Shown: in pieces, positions 13,771 to 26,800 of the stretch
How positions within the stretch are numbered: position 1 is the stretch's first letter
How the letters are laid out: every line of letters begins with the position of its first letter
Assembly (NCBI GenBank): GCA_964016885.1
Contig: OZ024741.1
Span: 192,696,001-192,760,000 of the forward strand
Length of the DNA: 64,000 nt
Direction: 5' to 3'
Origin: Eledone cirrhosa
Lineage: Eukaryota
Made by a program: the position numbers and the translations under genes
The notes under the pieces: model-generated
Seen by the model: the letters and a program-made list of their open reading frames with translations, nothing else
Told to the model about the DNA's origin: nothing
Databases searched by the model: none

Positions 13771-14048
13771 AGTAATAATTGGACACGTGTTCATACATAG
13801 CAACTACCAATACTTGCCAGATCGATTTTTCACGGATCTTCCTTTTCATATCTTTCTCCACGGGTGTACCAGGCTCGGGAAACACGCACCAGCACCGAGC
13901 AGAAAGCAACATCAAGTACAGCACCGTCTGACCCAAACCTGATTTATCACGATCTTTAAATTAATCAATTCTCTTGCTACCATTCACTCTAAAAACAACT
14001 CTTCTGAAACGGTAACAATGTAACTGACGTAAAAACAAATGTTACGGG

Positions 14049-14055
14049 AGAGAGA

Positions 14056-14137
<82 letters not shown>
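14049..14137. repeat. (AG)n microsatellite, followed by a SINE head fragment at about 14146-14222
   Basis: Direct reading. The fragment reads gcggaggattggcggaattg...gagttcaaatt. Confidence 0.85.
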
Positions 14138-14141
<4 letters not shown>

Positions 14142-14683
14142 CAAAGCGGAGGATTGGCGGAATTGTTAGTATTAAACGAGATAGTTCACTGTTTCTATTC
14201 TGAGTTCTGAGTTCAAATTCCGGCTATGTGTCTAGGGCCATAACTAATTAACCGACTAAAAGTACATGACATCCAACCCGCACTTGGCTAGAGTGAACAG
14301 ACTGATCTAAAACTAACATGGTTGCCGAGCCTGCGTCCAGCAATGGATTGAAAGTCGACCGTGCAAGAAGACAGTAATTAATCCTATGCAAGTAAAACAG
14401 TATAGTTTACACAAAACATTGTGAAATATAAAATAAATAAAAAGGTGTTTTGAAGGCTAGTATAATGGACCAGTATTTCTTGCATATCGGTGCTGGTTTT
14501 GCAGGGAGGGTTGGGACGTGGTTTAGAAGGTTCAATGCAATATTTGCTTTCATTGTATTGAAGGGACTTGGTGAGTCAGATCGTAAATGGATTTATGGGC
14601 TACATTTGGTTTTTTTTGTGGAGAGCTTTGCTTTATTCTAGATGTATTTACGTTTAGGTTTTGGCAATGAACGGTTTTCTTTA

Positions 14684-14746
<63 letters not shown>

Positions 14747-14879
14747 ACCCCCCCCCCCTCACACACACACAGACAGTCATGCATGCACACACATACACAG
14801 ACACATACCCACATATACGCACATGCACATATATGTATGCATGCATGTATGAATGTATGAATGTATGTATGTATGTGTG

Positions 14880-15095
14880 TGTGTGTGGGAGAGCCGGCAT
14901 CACCAAAGCTGGATTACAGCGTCACAAAAGGAGCCATGGCAACGAAGCGACTTATTCCTGTTGCCAATGGCTATCTGTGCAAGAGAATGTAGGGCTCTTG
15001 CTGGTCTGAAAAGTCACATCCATGCTACAAACATGCAGAAACATGTTTGAAAATTGAAGCGATTGATATACTCGAGCGGGAGGTAGCTGCCAACA
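14880..15095 (+). mobile_element. Extreme 3' fragment of an RTE-like LINE with C2H2-like motifs and a (TATG)n tail
   Basis: [19 protein letters not shown] and CARECRALAGLKSHIHA, followed by (tatg)n. Confidence 0.5.
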
Positions 15096-15205
15096 TGTAT
15101 GTATGTATGTATGTATGTATGTATGTATGTATGTATGTATGTATGTATGTATGTATGTATGTATGTATGTATGTATGTACGTATGTACGTATGTACGTAT
15201 GTATG

Positions 15206-15236
<31 letters not shown>

Positions 15237-15569
15237 GTATGTATGTATGTATGTATGTATGTATGTATGTATGTATGTATGTATGTATGTATGTTCTTCT
15301 GGTTTTATAATTTCACAATTTTTTTCCCAATAGAGAGAGAGTCGGTTTCTAACATAGACACAAGACTCTCTCATTGGAATTTACACATCAACTAGGTAGA
15401 TTATGCATGTGTAGATATGGATGTTATTGTATGTGTGGATGTGTATGTTTTGAGTGGTATCTGTGCATGTGCATATCCTTTGTATCTGTACAAGTGTATA
15501 TGCAGTTATTAGATGCAGAATTTTTGGAATGTTTTACATATTTTTACTGTTCCATTAATGGATTGTACT

Positions 15570-15905
15570 TGTAATTTCATAACTAGTCAGGTTCTTTCTG
15601 TTTCTGTAAAGCCCATCTTCTCAAGATTTGTATTGAGGCAGTTACTAACATATCTCAGTGCCCCAATAATTACAGGCATAAACCTGAAAGTATAATCAGG
15701 GTGGAGTATCTGCAGATTTCTCATTACTTCTGCATAAATATTCTCCTTTTCGCTAATCTTTGATATTATATTGGCAGCTGGTGGGCAGCTAATTTCCACT
15801 ACTGTGCATGCCTTCTTTTCCCTGTCCCATATCATAATATCTGGTCTGTTAAGCCTGCATTTTATTGGGGATTTTGCTGGAACATTCCACCAGTACTCTT
15901 TCATA
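15570..15905 (-). mobile_element. 3' fragment of an RLE-bearing non-LTR retrotransposon
   Basis: NRPDIMIWD..CTVVEISCP..EKENIY..PVIIGAL is the PD-(D/E)xK restriction-like endonuclease signature. Confidence 0.8.
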
Positions 15906-15924
15906 TTATGTATGTATGTATGCA

Positions 15925-16695
15925 TGGTCTAGCTGCAAAGGAAGAGGAGCTACCCAACCTAGTGGAACGTCTTGATAAGACTTCTACCACCTACGGTATG
16001 CAGATCAGTGTAGAAAAGACCAAAGTGATGACCAACAACACCAACGGCATCAGCACTGACTTCAGGGTCAACGGCGAGAAACTTTTTGCCTCAACAATTT
16101 CAAATATTTGGGAGCAATTATTTTAGATGAAGCATCTAAACACGAAGTACTCGCCAGATCTGCAAAAACCACAGCAGCACTTAGAAAACATAAGACCATC
16201 TTGAATGACAAAAATATAGGCGTCAGCTCAAAGATCAATAATCTTGTATGCCTGTGAGTCGTGATCAATAACAGCAGATCTGGAAAGAAGAATACAGGCT
16301 ATCGAGATGAGATGCTTCAGAAAGCTCCTTGGCAGCACCTACAGAGACCACATATCCAATGAGGAGGTGCAAAATAGAATTTGGCAAGCCATCGGACCGT
16401 ACGAAGACCTGCTGACCATTGTAAAAAAAACCCGTAAATAGAGATAGTACGGGCACGTAAAAAGATCTTCAGGGCTTGCCAAGACTGTCCTGAAGGGAAC
16501 AATACAAGAAAGAAGGAAGAGAGACAGACAGAGAAAGAGATGGGAGGACAACATCCCGGAATGTACAGGCATGAGGCTGGGTGCAACAATGAGGAGGGTG
16601 AAGAGGCGAGAGGAATGGAAGGAGTTGTTTGCCAGGTCATTTGTGGTGCCCCAGTGGTCCACCAGACTATGGGACAGATGAGAGATTAGATGACA
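15925..16695 (+). mobile_element. 5'-truncated RTE LINE remnant with a (TATG)n tail
   Basis: YGMQISVEKTKVM, FKYLG, RIQAIEMRCFRKLLG and a C-terminal R..KRWEDNI motif. Frameshifted. Confidence 0.85.
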
Positions 16696-16757
16696 TGTAT
16701 GTATGTATGTATGTATGTATGTATGTATGTATGTATGTATGTATGTATGTATGTATG

Positions 16758-17378
16758 TGTCTAGTCACTCTTGAGTGCTACTGGTAACATGTAACCCAGT
16801 ACAACCTGTCATATGGTCGGGTCGTCGGCGACTAAACCGGCAACCCCACCAAGTTTACTTGGTGAGGAAGGTGATTTTGGATACCCTGCAGGTAAAAAAA
16901 CCAAAACTAACTAAGGGTGGAAGAACTCATAAGAGTCAACGGCCATCCAAAAATGGGTAAATATGTATATACACATGTATGTAAATATGTATATATGTAT
17001 ATGCATGTGTGCATGTGTATGTATATGCACGGGTACATAGAACTAGTTGGGCAGGGTACCCAATCACGTGGTTAAACCACTAGGAGTGAAGGACCCCTAG
17101 CCCTTGTCAGGGCATTCTTCTAGGAGAAGGCAACTCAAGAAACTGGGATAATTCCGACATAACACCTGCGGCTCAGTAGTTACCGATGATGTTGATCTTT
17201 CTTCTTTTCGGATTATAGCTACTTTCGCTCAGAGAGTGGGATTGGCTCAGTGCACAGTCTTTCCCCACTTTAAAAAAACCTTCATGCACAGGCATTGCAC
17301 GATAGCATTAATTAATAATTATTAATAATGGTATATCGTGCAATGGCCATACTCGATAACGAGGGGGCAGCCATCATG
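16758..17378 (+). mobile_element. Non-autonomous retroelement (RTE-5'UTR-like), subfamily B
   Basis: Head ctggtaacatgtaacccagtacaacctg...cgactaaaccggcaacccc, internal ctaggagaaggcaactc, end gcagccatc. Homologous to four other copies. Confidence 0.7.
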
Positions 17379-17980
17379 TATGTGTATATGTATGAATATC
17401 CAAATGGGTTTGTGTACTGTGTAAACTTACTGCTAAACAAAAGAGAATTCAATACGGTGTATAAAGTAATACTTATTTCGGAAATTGGAAAGGCTAGTAT
17501 ATCTCGGTGAAATGTTAATGTTAACGAAGGGGCCGTTCCATCGATCGAACAATTGTATGACGCATCGCTGAAACCGATGCAAGTCCATTAAACTGAGTAT
17601 ATGGATGATAATAGAGACCAAAAAAATAGATATACGTTAAAAATAATTAAATATGGCTGATTGTGCGTACTTAAATATAATTGAAAACAACTGAGAGGGT
17701 TGTTTTAGTGAGCTTAACTATTCATTGGTTAATTAATGAAGACAGGTGTGTGGGTATTGATGTGCGTGGGTGTGTGCTTTATCGGGAGGGGTATTTGTGC
17801 TGTGTGAGTCGATATCTAAACGTTGATTATATTTAGATATTATATATATTTATTTAAAGAAGTGTGTTAGCAGCCGAAGTGTATATCTGTATCTACAAAT
17901 AAAGATTGTGTAACCGAGTCTGCACCGTCTATATATATATACATATATTTAATATGTAGGCATGTAAACCTGCCACAAAC

Positions 17981-18466
17981 TATGAATTTCGCTGTAAAAT
18001 GAGAAAATAATAAACATCTTTAATCGATTATCGTATCTAATTGGAGTCTTATCAGAAGATGTGTGTCATTCAATCAATCACAAGCAAACATGTATTTGAT
18101 GGGTACATATACCCATTAACTCAGAGCATTATTCTCAAATGGACTTATTAATTTGTATATAATTAGAGCTCGTGTTGGTAATTAATTAAAATATTTGTAT
18201 TTATACAGATATAACTATTTTATACACCGCGGCTGTTAGTGCATTTCTTAATATATATCTTAATTACCAATACGAGCGCTAATTTATGTAAATTCGTATG
18301 TCCATTTCAGAATAATACTAAGAGCCAATGGGTATATGTACCCATCAAATATATATTTTCCTGTGGTTGGTTGGATGATATAAACGCCATCTGGTGAGGG
18401 TCCAATTGGTCCGGAACTCGATTAAAGGTGTTTTTCACATTTTCAAATTACAGGGAAATTCGTATA
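17981..18466. mobile_element. Old fold-back element (diverged arms of about 210 bp) with a decayed hammerhead in each arm
   Basis: Arms include atttgatgggtacatatacccatt / aatgggtatatgtacccatcaaat. Hammerhead remnants lie at 18015-18061 (-) and 18385-18430 (+). Confidence 0.7.
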
Positions 18467-18929
18467 TATATATATATATAGACGTTGGGGGGGGGGGCAT
18501 TTTCGGTACACACTCTGTATTTATACAACTTTAACTTTATATATATATGTATATATATACAAAGTTAGAATTTTATTTCGCGCCCTAGCACAGCTGATAC
18601 ATAAATGTAAGTATGCACACGTACACACACGCACATATATAATGTTCGATATAACCCATACGTACATACGTATGTTTATAGTGTTTCCATCTAATATCGT
18701 AATTACCTCCCCTTTAGTGCCAAGAATTTATATCTCGCATTATCGAATTTATATATACTACCTCAAATCTTTTGACTTATGCTATCTAAGTGCAAATACA
18801 ACTCCACTGTACTATAAATACTATTCCCCTAGTCCTTTCAAGAAAATGGGTTTTGGGACCTTAATTTCTTTGTTTTATTCTCATCAAGAATTCCCATTTT
18901 AACACTGCTAAATGGACTCTCCTTTTCAA

Positions 18930-21900
18930 AGTCACGTGATACAGTAGTACCACTGTAGAACTACTATGATGGAAATAAGTTGGCAAATGTAAGGAGGTAA
19001 ATCTTCTGAAATAATAGAATCACAGACACTGAACTAACTGCGATCAAGCAGGCTGTGGAGAATCACATAAATATAAATGATGAAAGGACTGAAGAATCTT
19101 TTGGAGATAGTAACCAGTCACAAGTCTTTACTGAAAGACCTCCATCTGACCAAATCACAAATAGATTTGTAGAAATGAGAAGCCCTATTAAATCCGCTGA
19201 AAATAGCCAGGAGAGTGACTTAGAAACAGTAATTGAAAACCAAATATCTGCTGAAGAACACCGGGAGACTATGAAGGAATTAAAGCAAAAAATAATGAAT
19301 GAGCTTGCAGTAGTAAGACATTCTAGTATAAATGATAGAGAACCACTTCAAAAACTCCCAAATATAATCCAAAATAGAAAACAAATAATGATTGGTAATT
19401 CTTTAGAAGAACTAAAACCTGATCTTACTGAGTTAAATGAAATCATTTATGCATCTGCTAGAGTAATTGAAACAAGTTGTTTACCACCAAAAAAAGAAAA
19501 AAAGTCGAACCTTCGAGATAAACCAATTTGGAGGAGTAGAATCGAAAAGGAGATTGACGTAATGAGAGGAGAAATATCTTTATTGAGTGAGTTAACCGCT
19601 GGAAATGATATAAGATCCAAGAAGCTAAGAAAGCTAAAGAGAAAATATGGACTAGAGAAGCAATAGTTTCAACAAAAGAATCTCTGAAACAAAAAGTCCA
19701 AGTAAAAGCCCAACAAATTCGTAGATTCGAGAAGCGAAACAACTTCTACAGGCAAAATAAGTTGTTCTCATTCAATGCCAAGTCATTTTATAGAGAAGTA
19801 GGGAAGAAAAAAAATAATTATTGAAGACCTCCCGTCCATAGAAGTTGAAAACTTCTGGAGTAAGATTTGGAGTGATGAGAAGACATATAATGCTAATGTA
19901 GATTGGATTAGTCGCCTGGAAAAATCCTACACAAATTTAGAAGAACAGGCGTGGGAAGACATCTCTATAGGAGACTTAAGGACAGCACTCAATAAATCTC
20001 ATAAATGGAAATCTTCTGGTAGTGACAGGGTGCCAAATTTCTGGCTTTCCTCACTCCCGTGCACTCACAATATATTGGTCAAGCTGTTTAATGGAATTAT
20101 GAAAGATAAAAAAAAATACACCTGATTGGATAGCAAGTAGCATTACCTACCTTCTTCCAAAGAACAACGAAACCAAAGATCCAAAAAACTATCAACCCAT
20201 AACCTGCTTGTCCACCACTTATAAACTATTAACCTCTATTCTCATGGAAAAAGCATACGTGTTTTTGGAGAACAATCTTTTCCCGATTGAACAAAAGGGT
20301 GCCAATAAGGTTCATATGGCTGCAAAGATAAACTTTTGATTAATCTATGATCCTTGAGAGCTGTCATAATAAACACAGAAATCTCAGTTCTGCATGGATC
20401 GATTATAAAAAAGCCTTTGACAGCATACCACACTCATGGATTCTGAAATCACTGGTCATCTTCAAAATCTCACCTGTGATCTCAAACTTCCTGAAACGCA
20501 ATATGTCATTATGGAACACAAATCTCCAATTGTCTCATTCCACTGGGGTACTGTTCTCTAGGAATATAAACATTAACTGTGGTATATTCCAGGGTGACTC
20601 ACTTTCACCCTTGCTTTTCTGCATAGCTTTAATACCCCTTACATACGAACTTAATAGAACAGGGTACGGTTATAGAATTGAAAACAAAAAAAATAAGCCA
20701 CCTATTTTATATGGATGATTTGAAGCTATATTGCAAAGATAATGAGGAATTGGAAGGCCTTTTGCGGACAGTAAAAACGTTTAGCGATGACATCAGGATG
20801 GAGTTTGGAATTGACAAGTTTGCAAAAGCCACTTTCAAGAAGGGGAAGCTTGTCAACTCAGACTCAGTTGAATTGGATGCTGAAACAATCATAAAATAAC
20901 TTGCGCAGGAACAAACCTATAAATACTTAGGGATTAATGAGGGCTCTGGCATACAGCCTGCAAGTATGAAAGAGAGGATAAGGAGAGAATGTTACAGGAG
21001 AGTAAGTGCAGTTCTGAGATCAGAACTAAACGCTTGTAACAAGGTGCTAGCCATAAATTCCTTGGCACTCCCAGTTGTCACTTATAGCTTCGGTGTGTTG
21101 AACTGGAATATGAGTGAAATGAAAAGAATCGACACCAAAGTCCGTAAGCTACTGACCTGTAATAGGATGCACCACCCAAAAGCAGATGTAGATCGTCTTT
21201 ACCTTCATAGAACTCAAGAAGCCCGAGGCCTGATCCAATTTGAACTTGCTTACAAGACCACCACCATTGGACTGGCCAAATAGCTTGAAACAACTAAGAC
21301 TGTATGCTGAAAATTGTTGAAAAGTATGAGAGAAGTAAGAAGCTTCATTCTATCTTGAAGGAGAGCAAAAAATATGCTACGGATGTCATGCTTGATACCC
21401 AGGCTTGACAGACTAAAGAAACTGTTGCAACTGATGCTGCTAGGCACATAAAATCACTGGCAAAAGCAAAAGGGTAAGGAGAATTAGCATCAGATTGGGA
21501 GCAGAAACCTCTGCATGGCAAATATGTGGCCCGTAGATAACAAGCTGATGTTGACCAAAAGCACACCCATCAGTGGCTACCTAGTTCAGGGCTAAAAGCA
21601 GAGAGTGGAGGCTTCATCTTAGCTGCCCAAGATCAAAGTTTATTGACTCGTAATTACCAGGCCAATGTGATGAGAAACGGAATAAAACCAAAGTGCCGAT
21701 TCTGCAATGCTGAGGTTGAAACAGTGGACCACCTAGTTTCTGGATGTAAAGTTTTAGCCCCAGTAGAATACAAATATAGACTTGGTAGAGTTGGCCAATA
21801 TCTACACTGGGTAATATGTCGACATTACAAAATCAAAGCTGAAGACAAGTGGTACAATCATCACCCTGAGGCTGTAACTGAAGGAGAAAAAGTAACAATT

Positions 21901-22528
21901 CTCTGGGACTTTCCTGTACATACTGGCAGGACCATAAAAGCAAATAGACCTGACATCATTATAAAAGATCAACATAACAAGGTCTGTTTATTGATAGATA
22001 TGAGCATCCCATGTGATCACAATATCGCGGCAAAAACATTTGAGAAGCTACGAAAATATAAAGATCTGCTTATTGAAATTGAGAAAATGTGGCACCTCAA
22101 GGCCGTTACAATACCAGTGATTGTGGGAGGACTGGGAATGATCAAGAAAGGAACAGAACAATATTTGCGAATGATTCCTGGTTTACCCTCTCTGCACGAG
22201 GTGCAAAAAAATGTTTTGACTGGTACTGCACACGTATTGAGAAGAGAACTATCTCTGTAAGATTGATATCCCTCCTTGAATTTACATATGCTTATGCACA
22301 TGTGTATATATGTATAGTGTTTTTTTTTTTTAAAATTATAATCAATGTGCTGTATTAACTGACTTACCAATGCACACTGTGAATTTATTTGCCCTAGGTG
22401 TCAGGAAGACACTCGGCATATTTCTCAGAAACCATAATGAAAGAAAATAAAAACAATAATAATAAAAATGATTAATTAATTAATTAATTTATTTATTTAT
22501 TTATTCATTTATTTATAATAATAATAAT

Positions 22529-22570
<42 letters not shown>
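18930..22570 (+). mobile_element. Degenerate R4/Dong-type non-LTR retrotransposon (distinct subfamily) ending in (AAT)n
   Basis: Fragmented ORFs with AWIDYKKAFDSIPH, GIFQGDSLSP, YMDDLK, CRFC..ETVDHLVSGC and NRPDIIIKD..LIDMSIP. Many stops. Confidence 0.9.
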
Positions 22571-22571
<1 letters not shown>

Positions 22572-22672
22572 TATTTAAATCATTTGTGAAATAACAACTC
22601 TTAGTACAAATGCTACGTAAAGCACCCGGCTTGAGCCTCAAAAAAATTCGGACCCAAAATATATTGTTATAA

Positions 22673-23313
22673 GGCTCAAATATTCAAATATTCAACTTTG
22701 TATTGTACACTGTATATCCAAAAAAAAATGGCTATAAATGGAAGAAGAAGAACCCCACCCTCCTCTCCTCTGGCTACACTATATAGGACAGCTAAACTCA
22801 CCAACACCAGAAACTAGATACACCACCCACCCCATCATCTGTGTACACTAAACACAACAGCATTTTCACCTTCACCGCCACCGCTCACTACGGCCATCAT
22901 TACCACCACTATCCCATCACCGCCGCCACCACCCCTTGACTCCTTCACTGCTGCTGCCACCGCTACAGCACCATCACTACAGTAATACGGCTCAAATATT
23001 CAAATATTCAACTTTGTATTGTACACTGTATATCCCCAAAAAAATAAAATGGCTATAAATGGAAGAAGAAGAAGCCCCCCCCCCCTCCTCTCCTCTGGCT
23101 ACACTATATAGGACAGCGAAACTCACCAACACCAGAAACTAGATACACCACCCACCCCATCATCTGTGTACACTAAACACAACAGCATTTTCACCTTCAC
23201 CGCCACCGCTCACTACGGCCATCATTACCACCACTATCCCATCACCGCCGCCACCACCCCCTGACTCCTTCACTGCTGCTGCCACCGCTACAGCACCATC
23301 ACTACAGTAATAC
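22673..23313. repeat. Tandem duplication, two copies of about 320 bp (22673-22988, 22989-23313)
   Basis: Both units begin ggctcaaatattcaaatattcaac and end cagtaatac. They are nearly identical, with differences mainly in homopolymer runs. Confidence 0.9.
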
Positions 23314-23884
23314 GGTCGCATCACCGCCACCACTGCCTCGGTATCGACATCACCACCACCACTGTCTCAGTATCGCCAACGCCGCCGGTCTCTGCTGGCT
23401 ACCACTTCCACATTATAGAATTCCTACTACTAACAAAGAGGAAGGCATCAAAATATATAGATAGACTCAAAAGAAAAAAGAAAAAACAAACAACAAAAGC
23501 AGCACAGCAACAACAGTAAAAAACGAGAAAAACAGAGAAAAACAAAAACAAAAAAAGAAACCCCAAAAACGTAAAGAAAATAAGAATGAAGAGAGAAGCA
23601 GGCGGACGGACAGAGAAGAGGGGGGAAAAAGTAAAACTTAAAAAACAAAAACTAAGTCAGACATTCGAATACTACATTACAATGAAACTTATGCTTATTC
23701 ATTTTTGGGGCCCTTTCTGCCCGTGTGTTTGTTTGTTTATGTGTGTCCGTATACAGCGTGGTGATAATGCCACACAAGGGCCAAGTGGGATGGCGGATCC
23801 ACAGATGGCTATGTAAACATACATTCGCCAATCCTCGATAAGAGTGTTTAAATATCGAACATAAACAGTTCGAATAACGGTGAA

Positions 23885-26800
23885 ATGGAGACTAGAACGT
23901 CATGTGACAGACTCTCACCCAACAGGTGCCCCCTGGCTCAGCAGCAGGAACCTGACTGTCAACCAAATACTGCTGATGTTGGAGGAAGAAGAAGAAGGAA
24001 AGGGGCCAGAACCAACTGGACGAAAGAATTGAATAGAACTGTTATGCAATGCTACCTGAAAAGTAACCCCAAGGAGAGGGGCTACAGGAGACGGATGCAT
24101 AACATCTGGAACGAGATTGGTTTATTTAAATTAGATGAACAAAAATTGGCCGGGCAGGCTCGGGTAATAAGAACTAATGGGTGGATAAGCGAGCTGGAAC
24201 TGGAGGAACTGAGCAGAGAGAATGGCTTGGAGATGGCGGGTGTAGTATGCCAGACAAGCGAGCCGGCGGGAAATGAAGGTGAGGAGGTCCTGAGAACGGA
24301 GGAACCACCCGAAGCAGACAATGATCTGAATACTGAGATAAATAATACCTGGAACAGAGATACGGCCACTGAGGAGATGAATGCTGACGGGCTAGGACAA
24401 GATTCGGTTGACATCCTAAATTTAGTGGTAGATGAGTTGAACAATGATAGTGGGAGACCTATGAACCTAAGATTTGTAGACAGGAAAAAGTTAAAAGAAA
24501 CAACAGCTAAGGTAAACAAAGTCATCCCATACCTTGAGGCGAGGAGTCTTCACCAGTGCAACAATATCCTCAAAGCAACAGCAAATACGGTGAAGAAACT
24601 ACTTGGTATAAAAGCGAGAGGAAACAACAGACAAGAAAGAGCAGAGCCGTGGTGGAAGAAGCGACTGAGTGGGCAAATCGGGGAAATGAGAAATGACATA
24701 GGAAAGCTTGAGTCACTACTGAATGGGACACTAAAAAACATAGGCACTAAAAATAGACTGGAAATAAAATACAAAACTAGGAGTAAAAAGCTAAATATTA
24801 TCATAGAGGAATTGAAGCAACGCATTGTAGCAAAGAGTGCCAAAATCAGGCGATACGAGAACAGAGTCAGTCAGTATAAACAGAACCGCATGTTCGACAA
24901 CAACCAGAAGATGCTGTTTGGACAGCTTGAGGGGAAAGAAAGAGGCAACGACTTGATCCCTGGGGCGGAACAAGCTAAAACATTCTGGAGAGGAATATGG
25001 GAGCAGGATGTTAGACACAATGCCCAGGCAGGGTGGATTGAGACAGTACAGAGGGAGATCGGTGAGCAGGCACAGCAACAGACTGATTTGAGTATCACAG
25101 TTGAAACTCTTAAGGGGCAAGCCAAAAAACTAACCAACTGGAAATCACCAGGCCCAGATGGTGTGCAGGGGTATTGGATTAAACATTTAACATCCCTCCA
25201 CCCGAAGCTGACGGCCATGTTCAATGACTGCTTGGTGTCGGGTGAGGTGCCAGAGTGGTTGACAAAAGGTACCACAGTTCTGATAATGAAAGACCGAATC
25301 AAGGGTAATGATGTTACCAACTATAGACCTATCACATGTCTGCCCGTAATGTGGAAACTGTTGACGAGCATTGTGTCTGAGGAAATCTACCATCACCTCC
25401 ACACAAACAACTTGTTGCCGGACGAACAGAAAGGATGCCGAAAGAAGTCACGTGGTACAAAGGACCAGTTGCTTATTGATAAGATGGTAATGGGGAATTG
25501 CAGGAGGAGACACACTGATCTTGCCATGGGATGGATAGACTACAGAAAGGCATTTGACATGGTGCCTCATTCCTGGATCACCAAAAGCCTAGAGATCTTC
25601 AGGGTGGCAGATAACATCAGACAGTTGCTGGGCAGGAGTATGAGGTCCTGGGAGACAGAGTTGACATCAACTGGAGTATCCTTGGGAAGCGTGAAGATCA
25701 AGAGAGGTATCTTCCAGGGAGATAGCCTGTCCCCTCTGTTGTTTGTCCTTGCCCTGATGCCCTTGACCATTATGCTGCGAAAAGTGAGAGCAGGATACAA
25801 GTTGGGAAGGGGAGAGCTTACCATCAACCACCTCCTCTTCATGGACGATCTTAAGCTCTTCGGGAAAAGTGAGAAGGAGTTGGATGTGCTTGTTGACACT
25901 GTCCGTATTTTCAGCAGTGATATATGTATGCAGTTTGGTATTGGTAAATGTGGAGTCATTGTGATGAGGAGGGGTAGGTTGAGCAGAAGTAACGGGATCC
26001 AGATACCAACAGGTGAGATGATAAAGGAAATTGACTCTGAGGAAGGATACAAGTATTTGGGCGTTCTGGAGGCTGATGGCATAAAGAACAAAAAAATGAA
26101 GGAATTGTTAAGAACTGAATACATTCGGAGAGTAAGGAGCGTATTGAAGTCACATCTGAACAGCAGAAATGCCATAAGCGCAGTAAATTCCCGAGCTGTG
26201 TCTATTATTAGGTACAGTGCGGGAATTCTGAGATGGAATGTTGCTGAACAAAAAGAAATGGATAGGAAGACTAGGAAGCTATTGACTATCTACAACATGT
26301 TCCACAAGAGGAGTGATGTCGATAGACTCTACCTAAGGAGATCTGAGGGTGGAAGAGGTCTTATCAGCATAGAGGACTGTGTTCAGATGGAGAAAAACAA
26401 CCTATACAAATACGTGACCTATAGTAAGGAGCCAATGCTCAGAGCTGTACTGAAGGAGGGGACAGTAGGCCAGGGGATACCCAAGGAGGAAATAACATCA
26501 AGGAGGAAGAGCAGCCTTAAGGGAAAATCCCTTCATAGTACCTTCTTTGAGAAAACTGAATTTAGAGATCCACAGACATGGAACTGGTTGAGAAGAGGAG
26601 ACCTCAAAAAGGCTACAAAAGGAATGCTAATGGCTGCGCAGGAGCAGGCCCTCAAAACGAAGTGGTTGAAGCACCATATCTACGAGGAGGAGGCTAGCCC
26701 ACTGTGCAGGATCTGTGGAGAGAGAGAGGAGACTGTGGCTCACATTGTGTCCGAGTGTAAACACCTAGCCCAGACCCACTATAAGGGCTGGAGACACGAT

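Noticed and set aside
13733-13936. CWCVFPEPGTP motif resembling a thyroglobulin type-1 repeat exon
   Set aside because: It lacks the upstream QC and other cysteines, the splice acceptor is weak, and no neighbouring exons were found.
23780-23890. Possible HDV-like ribozyme upstream of the intact Dong ORF (tcctcg loop, ttcgcc/ggtgaa pairing)
   Set aside because: No convincing P1 or P3, no GG for P1.1, and no catalytic C in J4/2.
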